Shown here in pieces: positions 13,480-24,240 of a stretch of DNA of 64,000 nt. Made by a program: the position numbers and the translations under genes. Positions within the stretch are counted from its first letter, which is position 1; the number at the start of each line of letters is the position of its first letter. The notes beneath the pieces were generated by a model. The model was given only the letters and a program-made list of their open reading frames with translations. It had not been told where the DNA came from and did not search any database. The DNA comes from Eledone cirrhosa (taxonomy: Eukaryota), in assembly GCA_964016885.1 (NCBI GenBank), contig OZ024741.1, positions 112,406,001 through 112,470,000 of the forward strand, written 5' to 3'.

Positions 13480-14040
13480 GGAAGGGAGGAGACTGAGTTA
13501 AGTGTAAGAATTGCAGAAGCTATTGCAGTAATGCACCAGCTTTAGCATTTAGTTATCAGAAGAATGAAGGTATGTGTAAAAGCCAAACTTACTTTCTTCA
13601 ATTCAGTGTTTGTACCAATCCTTATCTACAGTTATGTATTTTGGGTAATGACTGGAAGAAGATGATTGTGAATATGAGCAACCAAAATGAGGTTCCTCTG
13701 AAGAGTCTTTAGAGTAATGTTACTCGATAGAGTTTGTAGCTTGGAAATCAAGGAATCACTCCAGGTAGAGCTGCTATATCTTTGAATGGGAATATCAGAG
13801 TTCTGATATTAAGAACATGTGGTCAGAATGTCTAAGCAAAGAACTGCTGGACTATTCCAGCTGGAATGAGACCCGAGGGTAGACCCTGAGCAAGATCTTT
13901 GGATAATATCCATGAGCCCAGCTGGTCTCACTTGAGGATTCAGCCAGATTATTTGGAGACAGTTGCTTCTGACAGGATCCATTGGAAGACATGCTTGATA
14001 ACTCTGCTCCCACGACCCTCCCAAGAATAAGTGGATGAAA
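13480..14040 (+). mobile_element. Old RTE LINE 3' fragment (second RTE family)
   Basis: Homologous to 23610-24240(-) and ~49620-49900(+); degenerate RTE C-terminal motifs. Confidence 0.7.
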
Positions 14041-15008
14041 AAGGGTTATTATAAGATGTCCACTTCCATAGTCATTGTGTGACTTCAGTCCTCTGCAACA
14101 GCCTCAAGAATAATTTTGTTCAGATAAATGTTTCCCTCTTTAGTCATGTCACATAGTATATAAATGTTTTTATGAAGATTGATTTACCAGAAAGCTTTGT
14201 AAACTAAGGGAATAGAGTTTTACCATGTATTTTGTTTTTTCCTTACCACAGTTTTAGACTAGAAATGGTGTATAGGCCACATAACTCTTAATTATTATAG
14301 TTAGAACTAGCAGTGTATCCCGGCGTTGCACGGGTAAGAACATTGGTAATAGCCACCGCCAATGAGAAACGTTTATTTATGAGTGCCTGTTAAAAACTCA
14401 CGAAAATATACCGACAGGAAACTTGTTTTATTTGGAGAAAATTAAGAAGTTGAAAGCTGTCTATGTGCATTGTTCATAGAAATATTCTTTTCATACTCCT
14501 CTGTTTTGGCCTTTTGAAGTAAATGTGAAAGAGAAAGTCACAGGTTAAGTTGGCAGAAGGTTTCAGTGTCATAGCAGTAAGGAGTAGGCTACTTACCTCA
14601 AAAGTTCATTCACACTCTTTCCACTAAGTTACTCTTTCTCCCTATCCTTCTCGGTGCAGTCCCATGCAAATTTCTCGCGTAGGCCTGGTGTAGATTTGCA
14701 CCCGATCCATCTACCCGATGCACATGTCCACTTTGTACGGCTTTTGAAGGAAGGAGTGAAAAGCAGTATGTTGTTCGGTATTATTACGAAAAGGTGTAGC
14801 AGAGAATCCCGCGTGAATTAACAGCTCGGGAGGAAACTGCTTACCTCGAAGATTCATTCGCCATCGTCCTTGTCAATGCTCCGTTTACTTTGTATTTGTT
14901 GGTCTACAGTTAGATGAATGGCACACAAAGGGTTAATGTTTATTGGCAAGAAGTTCTTTGAATAATAAAAGACGGGTTAAAGCGACCTACAATGTATTTG
15001 TATATATA

Positions 15009-15053
<45 letters not shown>

Positions 15054-15068
15054 AAAATAACAGATTAA

Positions 15069-15119
15069 AGTTTAAGCAAAGAATCGCTGCTTTCACCCTT
15101 AACGGGATCTTCTGAAACT
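15069..15119 (-). ncRNA. Type I hammerhead-like motif, CAGAAGA variant
   Basis: AGTTT-CAGAAGA-TCCCgttaaGGGT-GAAA-GCA..TGC-TT-AAACT; paralog of 2029-2079. Confidence 0.6.
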
Positions 15120-15226
15120 AACAAAGTCAATCTGTAAACGCAGAAGTGGATATTTCAAAAAACGTTGCAACCGGAGGAAGACAGGAAGACTATACTTTGG
15201 ATTTTAGTCTTCAAATTTATTATTAT

Positions 15227-15286
<60 letters not shown>

Positions 15287-15291
<5 letters not shown>

Positions 15292-15972
15292 AATGAATAT
15301 ATGAGGGATGAACATCTATACAATTATAGAAGTATTCGGATTGCAAATGACCAAGTTAGCTAGGTTGAAAGAATACTAATTTAACATAATATGGTTTGCA
15401 AGTCTCGATTTAAAATAATAAATCAATAAAAATAACAAACCTATATTGGCAATGGCCGTGATACCTGGACACATTTTAAATCTGTTTGACAAATTTCAAA
15501 TTTGTTTCGCAACGATTAAGTGAAAGTTACTGTGCTCTTCTGCAGGAATCCATGCGTTGAGCTAATTTTCTAGTCTCATAATACCGACTGCTATTTTTAG
15601 CGGCACGGATATGAGACGAGTTAGGCGCTGACACACGTGCGTTCAACAACACATGTTTCTCAGTCTTCTTAAGCATTTTGAAGTGGAAGGTACCAATTTC
15701 TGGATACCTGCAGAAGAGCACAGGAATAGTAACTTTCACTTAATCGTTGCGAAACAAATTTGAAATTTGTCAAACAGATTTAAAATCTGTCCAGGTATCA
15801 CGGCCATTGCCAATATAGGTTTGTTATTTTTATTGATTTATTATTTTAAATCGAGACTTGCAAACCATATTATGTTAAATTAGTATTCTTTCAACCTAGC
15901 TAACTTGGTCATTTGCAATCCGAACACTTCTATAATTGTATAGATGTTCATCCCTCATATATTCATTTGTAT
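15287..15972. repeat. ~265-bp inverted repeat with ~150-bp spacer (Penelope-type inverted terminal repeat)
   Basis: Arms 15287-15552 and 15701-15972, near-identical apart from a 6-nt indel; lies between (TA)n tracts. Confidence 0.9.
15703..15799 (+). ncRNA. Hammerhead-like motif, CAGAAGA variant, with long loops
   Basis: GATACCTG-CAGAAGA-GCA..TGC-GAAA-C..G-TC-CAGGTATC with a perfect 8-bp stem I; mirror copy on the minus strand at 15460-15550. Confidence 0.55.
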
Positions 15973-16040
15973 TACACGGCTCAGAAATATTCCCTTCTTT
16001 GAGCTATTTAATTGTAAAAGACTATTTCGAGTTTATAACT

Positions 16041-16112
<72 letters not shown>

Positions 16113-16283
16113 GAGGTGAGTTTTATTGTAGCACAATAAAGCAATGCAAATATCGGATAAGTAGCACTCTACAGTTTGTAGGACTGGAGTATAAATAATA
16201 TAAGATTAACTTGCTCCTTGACTGTTTGACCGCTAACTCTCATATCGGATACCCTTGATGGTCTCTAATTTTTCTTCTATAAC

Positions 16284-18649
16284 ATGGATTATTACAACAT
16301 AACAACTTCAATTAAAGACATTCCTATACCTGGTAAATCTGAATTCACTAAACTTCTGATTGAAAAAATTGACTCTCTTGTGAGAAGGCTTAGATGGATC
16401 GCTTTTTTCCATGACCAGCGCCAAAAAGGAAATTTCTATACTAAGGAACATAACAATTTTTATCATTTATTTAACTCTAGAAGAAATCCTCCTTCCAACA
16501 AAAATCTAGTTCAGTTTGAGGAAGAATTAACTAATATTATAAGAAGTCTTAAATTCAAGAGAAACCCTTATAGAGGACAGGAGCACCGTATAAATCTCAG
16601 GAATACGATTTTAAACCTTAATTCCTCTAAAAATGTCTTAGTCCACTCCGACAAAACTAATAATTTATATGGCGTATCTAAAGATAAGTATAATAACCTT
16701 ATCCTTAAGGAACTAAGGAAGAATTATCGTAAAACTAACCATGACAATTTGGAATCTATAAACTTGGAAGCTTCTGAGATTATGTCTAAACTTGGCATTG
16801 AGAAAAAGACCGAACCATTCTTCCCAAGAACTCCGAGAATAAATCTCAAGGATCATAAAAGTAACTTTCGAACGGAACTGCCTGTTAGACTAATCGCCCC
16901 CTCTAAATCAGATCTGGGGGTTGTTAGTAAAGCCATCTTGGATAGAATTATCCCACAGGTTCGTTCTAATTGCTCTATTTCTAACTTAAATTTATGGATT
17001 GGTACATCTGAAGTAATTGGCTGGTTCAATAACCTGAATAAGAAAAACAAACAAAAATTTATTCAGTTTGATATTGCCAGCTACTATTCTTCTATTTCAC
17101 CTTCACTACTCAACAACGCTCTATCTTTCGCATTTAAATATTCTGACATTACCACAGATGAACTTTACATCATTCTCACCGCAAGAAAAACTATCTTAGA
17201 ATTCAACAATGAATATTGGACTAGAGCTGATACTTCCAACAATTTTGATATCACAATGGGTGCTTCCGATTCATCGCAATTGACTGATTTGATTGGTATT
17301 TTTATTTTGAATTCTTTAAATCGGAAAATTCCTCAACTTCGCGGTGGAATTTATCGTGACGATGCCCTCTTTACTGTCTTAAACTGCAACTTAGTTAACC
17401 TTAAATATACGTGATCTATTTAAGCACCATAACCTTAAAATTGAATTTGATAACAACGTCAAACTAGCTAACTTCTTGGATATATCCCTTAATATTGACA
17501 CTGGCCTATATTACCCTTACCATAAAAACAATGAGAATCTAAATTATGTTAATTTTAAATCTAACCACCCCACTAACGTTAACAATGCTATAGTCAGTAA
17601 TATTGAAAAAAGAATCTCAAATCTATCCTCTAATAAAGATATCTTCAACACTAATGTCAATCACTATAATAATGCGCTTTCCAAAGCCGGTTATCCTGAT
17701 AAAATTAAATATAGTAAAGAAACCAATCATCGAAGGTCTTATAGTAAAATAGTTAATTATGAACATTCCAATAACTTAAATAAAAGACCTAGATACAAAA
17801 ATATAATTTGGTATAATGCTCCTTTTTCTCTATCTATTAATAATAATATTCCTAAACTATTCTTTAGGGCCTTAGATAAATGCTTCCCTCCCTCACATAT
17901 CTATAGTAAAATCTTTAACAAACATACAATCAAATTTTCTTATTCCACCACTTCCAACATCTCTAACATTATCTCTAAACACAACAATAAAATATTAAAT
18001 AATAAATTACATCCTTCCAACACTGAGCGTCATAATAATAGCAACAGTAATCCCGACGTCATTGTTAACTCTAGGCTAGATTCTGTAAATTTAAATACGA
18101 CGTCAAACGTAACTTTGTTGAATGTTCATAATACCAATCTAAATCAGGAAACTATAGTTCCTATCGTAAATAACTTCTCCAATCCAATTCCTTCTATAAA
18201 TAATACTAGGTCACTTGTTAATAACTGTTAATTTCTCTAATCGTAATTGTAATTGCCCTGTTAGAACTAAATGTCCTCTTAATAACCAATGTCTTGATAA
18301 AAACTTAGTGTATGAATGTAAGGTTATAACTGATACGAATTCTTTTACCTATTTCGGTTCCACTTCCACTTCCTTTAAAGCAAGATTTTATAATCACAAA
18401 TCGTCTTTTAAATACCAACTTAAAAGAACTAACACGGCACTCTCGGAACTCATATGGTCCTTGAAAGACAAAAATATTAACTATAACATCTCTTGGAGGA
18501 AGGTTTGCACCGCGTTTCCTTACCTGAATTCTTCCCTATCCAGAACATGTAATCTCTGCCTAGCCGAGAAATTTACCATTATATCTAATTTTAATTCTAT
18601 AATAAATAGACGCACGGATTTATTTTTGCTCTGCTTGCATAAATCATAG
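16284..18649 (+). pseudogene. Penelope-like RT and GIY-YIG endonuclease, two frameshifts (~17405, ~18225)
   Basis: SDKTNN, FDIASYYSSI, MGASDSSQLTDL, YRDD, FLDI; CxCx5Cx5C; LVY..YFGST..FKARFYNH; CNLCLAEK. Confidence 0.9.
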
Positions 18650-19653
18650 AACATTCCATAAAGTATGCAGCTAATATCTCAATACCTAATTAGTTTAAAA
18701 TCTTCTTTCCTCAAAGGCTTTTATATCTTTTACAAATATACCCATCTTTCTACCTTATTTCAGTATTATATATTATATAATACAATTTACTCATTCTATG
18801 TTGTTGTGATCCTCTATCTTTCTTCTTTTTATCATTTTTCCTTTCTTCCCTTTTTCTCTTTTAATTTCTAATCTCTAATGTGTAACTTTTACTTCCCAAT
18901 TACTTCTCAATTCATATTATTACTCACTACAGCATTATCCATTTTTCCATTTTTCCTCATATTATTGGCCATTAAAACTATACTTTTTTAAATATACTAT
19001 AATATTACCATTAGAAAATTTTCGTAAACATATATACTTTTTGACGTTAGATATTTTTTCTTCCTTAAATTTTCTTTCGTGCTCGTTTTAAACCTACTAT
19101 TTACTTTTACATATTACAATACATAAAAACAAACTTAAACCCTAACTAATTCCTCTAAGTTCATAATTCATTTATTCTTCTCCTTCTTTCATATTATATC
19201 CTTAATATCATTAATATTTTAATTTTAATAATACATATTAATAAATTCTTTTTTTCGCACATATGAAACCCTTCAATATACAAACCTTAATTTAATACTA
19301 TTCTTAATTCCTTTTTCTTCATGCTTAAACCTCATTAACTTTTAATTTCTAAATCTTTTAAATTATCTATTATCTTCCAATGGTTTTTTAATTTCTCTCT
19401 GTGAGACAATGTTTTCTCAGTTGTAAAGGCTATTTCTCTCTCTCTATCATTCATTTCTCCTCCTCTCTCCTCCTCCCTTCTTATACTCCTACCCCACCAT
19501 CCTTTATTTTTCTTTCTTCCTCTTCCTTACATTTTCCTATTCCCCACCTCATTTTTTTCCCAATCTCATATATCCATCTTAGTTTATTTTTCATATGTTG
19601 ATTTAAAATTTCACTGCTCACAAGTGTTTTTTAAGCTTCATATCATGTCTCCC

Positions 19654-19724
19654 TATTTTATCTGATGAGAACACAGATATCATCCCATGATGATATTTGT
19701 TTTTGAAATGCGCATAATAAAATA
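19654..19724 (+). ncRNA. Minimal type I hammerhead ribozyme
   Basis: TATTTTAT-CTGATGA-16-bp stem II-GAAA-TGCGCA-TA-ATAAAATA; perfect stem I and palindromic helix III. Confidence 0.85.
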
Positions 19725-19759
19725 CTTGGAACTCTTTTAACCATCTTTTGATCTTATAT

Positions 19760-19788
19760 TATATATATATATATATATACATGTGGAG

Positions 19789-19833
<45 letters not shown>

Positions 19834-19867
19834 CATATATATATATATGTGTGTGTGTGTAGGTATG

Positions 19868-19912
<45 letters not shown>

Positions 19913-20110
19913 ATATATACATATATTTTATGTGTATATTTATATATATGTATATGTGTATATATATATATATGTGTATATGTGTTTGTATATATATATA
20001 TGTATATATATGTATATGTGTATATATGTGTATGTATATGTATATATGTGTATATATATATACACATATATATATATGTATATATAAGTATATATGTGTG
20101 TGTGTGTGAA
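19760..20110. repeat. (TA)n/(TG)n compound microsatellite
   Basis: Directly visible. Confidence 0.95.
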
Positions 20111-20573
20111 TGTAGCGAAGATAATACGTCAGCAAGGACATGTTCGTCAGAATGTCGTAATGCAGACATTCAGACATACAGACAGATATTATAAGGGCTC
20201 GACGGAGACTGATAACCGGTGCCTAACACCCCTTTAACAACAGAAAATTGAAAATTAAAAGTTGCAGTTAATATCTTTAGACCGCAAGGAATATATAAAT
20301 GTAAGTTTGAAGTCAATCGGAGTAGAAATGTGGAATTGTATAGACTTTGCAAGAATGAGGACACACACACAGACAACAACAGTTTTATATATATAGATGG
20401 TTATAAATTTCCTTATTTTGGAGCTAGACATGTTTGATATTATTTTGTATTTTATTCTCCCTCCCATAGTTTTAAACATCACAAAAAAAGATGGATGACA
20501 TAAGACATAGGTATCTGGCATACAATAATTCAAGAGATCCCTCCACCAGTACAAGCACTACAGTGCTAAAAGT

Positions 20574-20855
20574 AAATGTTGGAAGAATTGTTACTCTCTG
20601 GGACTAGACAAGCCAGGGAACCCTCACTAGAGAGAGTTCTCAGATACTCCGTGTACAGAAGATCCCTTTAATCTGCCGTGAAAAAGACAACCTCTGGTGA
20701 CAAAATGGAATGCATTTATTTCCTCAGTCCCCAAAGAAATTCCAAGACAACATAGAATAAAGAGGATCTTCTGTACACAGAGTATCTGAGAACTGTCTCT
20801 AGTGAGGGTTCCCTGGCTTGTCTAGTCCAAGAGAGTAACAATTCTTCCAACATTT
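20574..20855. repeat. 92-bp inverted repeat with 98-bp spacer
   Basis: Arms 20574-20665 and 20764-20855, three mismatches by eye. Confidence 0.9.
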
Positions 20856-21874
20856 GCCAGTATGGAAAGTGAATGTAAACTGGAGATGATGTTATATGGG
20901 TATTTGTTGTTCTAGTCTTTTGTATAGGGTTCAAATGTTGTCTCTGCTTTCTTTTCACAGCCCATTCAAAATCAGATAATAAATTAATTACCACTCTCAA
21001 ACAATGAATTCATTTCGTGAATCATTGAATGTTGATCAGGTAATTCCATATAAATGAACTTATGTTACCTTCCTGCAGATACAAATTCGATATTTTTATC
21101 TATTTCTCTCCTCCTCCATCTCTCTCCTCCTCCATCTCTATGTCTCTCACTCACTCCATCTCTCTCTATATATATAATAAGTATGTGTGTATGTGTGTGT
21201 ATGCACACATACACTATGGTACTGATTTTCTCATCTATACACTTGTGTAACTCTACTCCAAATCCCCATCTGCTTGATAGATTTCTCTTTTACTCCACCT
21301 AGCGTATTTCTTTACTGTCAAGCTGATCTACTATTGGAAAGTATATTCAGACAAAGTATAAAACACAATTAGTTATTCATGTTTATATCATAGAGTACAC
21401 AAAACCTAAAATCAGAATGAACATCAAAGCCCGATATTTATTATTCCTGTAACTGTTCTTTCAATATAGTTATTTTCTTTTGCTTCTACACATTGTATTT
21501 CAGCTTGCTTTGATCTGATGTATTTAGCTGTTTGGATATTTTTATGACTTGTACATGTGAGGCACACTAATATGTCAGCAATCTTGTTATTTTAGCATTA
21601 TATAACTAAACGTAATTATATATATATGTATATATGAAGGTGTGTATAAATGTGTGTATTGTGACAATAGACTTGACATACCATCTGTTGTGTATAGATA
21701 TCTATTTGTCTACTTAAGTATATATCATTGTATGAGTATATATATGGTAGATATGGATGCAATTCATTTCAAGCACTCGACGTCATGTTACTTCTTCAAA
21801 ATAAGGATGACAGAGTATAATTAGAATGATGAAAATGCGAAGTTGTAGATGATAAAGAGTCCTTTATTAATAAG

Positions 21875-21947
21875 GCCGTGATACATATTTCAATGACGAT
21901 CTTGGTTACTTGATTATTTAACCAATATCGTGATTTCATCAGACAGC
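21875..21947 (-). ncRNA. Minimal type I hammerhead ribozyme
   Basis: GCTGT-CTGATGA-long stem II-GAAA-TATGTA-TC-ACGGC. Confidence 0.75.
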
Positions 21948-22201
21948 AAAATTGAGTAAAAGTGTCCACGGACTAAAAATATTATGTTTTAGCTGGGGTT
22001 GTCCACTTCCCAGCTAAAACATAATCACTCTTTTCAGCATAAGTAAAGGCAAGTACTCCGTTATATTCGTGGTTACACTTAGCCCCAACAATATCATCAT
22101 TTTCCCTGACACATTGCCTTGTAATTCTGAACACCTCGCACCTTTGATCCTCTTGTTGCAGAACATGCTTAAATTTTTTACCCTCCGCTTTCCTTCTTGC
22201 A

Positions 22202-22238
<37 letters not shown>

Positions 22239-22291
22239 GAAATGACAGGAGGCAAAATATGTTGAATTTCCTTCATTTTTTATTACTGTAA

Positions 22292-22349
22292 ACACTATGA
22301 ACATTTCATTGGCTAGGTTGCGTAAGAACCCGGTGACTTCAACAGGTGT
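22292..22349 (-). ncRNA. Degenerate hammerhead-like motif
   Basis: ACAC-CTGTTGA-..GGGTT/AACCT..-GAAA-TGTTCA-TA-GTGT; core mutated. Confidence 0.4.
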
Positions 22350-23609
22350 AAATTATGTAATAGATGTGACAGATACCAACCAAATTATGTAATAGATGTA
22401 ATAGATACCATCAGAATGAGGGTAAGCTTTAAGGAAACAAGCAAAGAAAAGGTGTGTGTTATATTTTTGACCCAGAGAAGAATGTAGTAGCATGCTGCCA
22501 CATTGCTCACCCACCTCTGAGTGAGGTTTGCTAAGTGGGTAGGGGATGTATAGTTTACTTGGCGAATCAACTCTAGCAGCCTTAGGACAGCAGGCAAGAG
22601 GATATCTTGTTACAGGGAATGGTAATTTGCCTGGGTCAAGCAAAGGTCTATGCACTCACAGGAAGCTTACAACATACAACATGTATATATATGAAAGGAA
22701 GTAGAAGAGGAAGACAAGAAAGACAGACCTAAAGATGGTGGAGGATGAAATGAAAGCTAGGATGTTGGTGAGGATGAAATGGAGAAGTTTGTCATGGGCC
22801 TGCAAGGCTATCACCCTTGCTTAGGAGAAAAATTGGCTTTAAAACACTTGTTGTTGTAGTTGTTGTGGCATGCATATAGATATGTATGACCATGAGAAGA
22901 AGATATCTAACATAAAGTAATAATAGGTAGAAATCTTATTCAATGTAGCTAGTCTTGATTTACATTGATTGACAGCAATATTCTAGTGTTATGGAGGGAA
23001 GGCGGATGAGAATTACAGCAGTGATATGTTGTAAATCGATATCAGCTGTCTTTAAATTTATTGTAGCTGGTCTACAGCAGAAAAAGGTGCCAATATTTAT
23101 TACCTGGAACATATCTCTAAAGGGCATCTTATCAATACTTTCTTGGCATTATATCTTCACCGGGAAGATGCATGTTATTACCCCCGTCATCATCGCTATC
23201 ATTATCATTTTAATGTTAATTATATTGTATGAACAAATCCAGCTAACGTCACCTTTGTGATCACACAACCTGCTAGAAATAGGAGCTAAATTACCCTTAA
23301 ATCCTTCTCTGCCCATGTTAAAAAACAACGATTGTGATGTAGTTCTAAATAATAGGTGGTGAAGGGGCAATGTTATTAGTGTTAAATAGAATGCTTTGCA
23401 ACCTATGTTCCAGCTCTCTGTCTTATGAAACAAATACACACATTTTAAAAGGTTCCTATTTAAATTTAAATTTTCCAAAATAATTTTATATAAGTGTCAT
23501 CTGTTAAGCTACTATTATTAGTAATGACATAATTATTAGTAATGACATAATTAATAATTTTATAATAATTAATAATTTTAGTATTCGCTTAAAATTCTTC
23601 TCTTTTTCT

Positions 23610-24240
23610 TGTTGTTCACCCACATATTCCTGAGAAGGTCATGAGGGCAGAGTCTTCAAACACTCCTTCCAGTGGATCCTTTCAGAAGCGACCATCTCCA
23701 ACTGATCTGGCTGGATCCCCAGGCGAGACCAGTCAAGCTCATGGATATTATCCAACCATCTTGCTTGGGATCTACCCTCGGGTTTCCAACTGGTTGGTTT
23801 TGCCCGAAAAATCTGTCCAGCAATTCTTTCCTGAGACATGCTAACCACTTGTCCATAGTATTGGAGCTGTGATCTCTCAATTTGGAGAAGTAGCAGCTCT
23901 ATCTGAAGTGACTCTCTGATCTCTGAGCTATGCACTCTATCAAGCAACATTACTCCAAAGACCCTTCAAAAGAACCCCATTTCAGCCGCTTGTAGTCATG
24001 ATCATATTCTTTTGGTCATTACTCAAGATTCATGACCATAGGTAAGGGTTGGCACGAATGCCGAATTGAAGATAGCGAGTTTAGCTTTTATGTCTAGCTC
24101 CCTTCTGATTACCGAATGCTAAGCTAGTGCATTACTGCTCCAGGACCTGCAATTATTGAACTTAATTCAGCCTCCTGCCTGCCATCACTCGTGAACCCAG
24201 CTCCGAGATAATTGAACTTCTCTTCCTGCTTCAGTGAAGC
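23610..24240 (-). mobile_element. Old RTE LINE 3' fragment
   Basis: ORF 23639-23950 (LLDRVHSSEIRESL..IERSQLQYYGQV..GRSQARWLDNI). Confidence 0.8.

Larger units (their letters stand above)
16111..19760 (+). mobile_element. Near-complete Penelope-like retroelement with C-terminal GIY-YIG endonuclease
   Basis: RT+EN ORF, ~1-kb pyrimidine-rich 3' UTR, terminal hammerhead, bounded by (TA)n/(TG)n. Confidence 0.9.
14307..20397 (-). mobile_element. Non-autonomous Helitron hosting nested Penelope-like elements in its (TA)n tract
   Basis: Minus-strand 3' end: hairpin CCCGTGCAACGCCGGG then CTAG at 14307; 5' end A|TCTATATATAT at 20397; 20230-20397 matches 9600-9768. Confidence 0.75.

Noticed and set aside
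17412-17414. TGA in the Penelope ORF as possible selenocysteine
   Set aside because: Homology continues in another frame, so this is a frameshift
20962-21039. AG..GT-bounded segment ending MNSFRESLNVDQ
   Set aside because: Splice-like sites arise by chance at this frequency and no downstream exon could be linked
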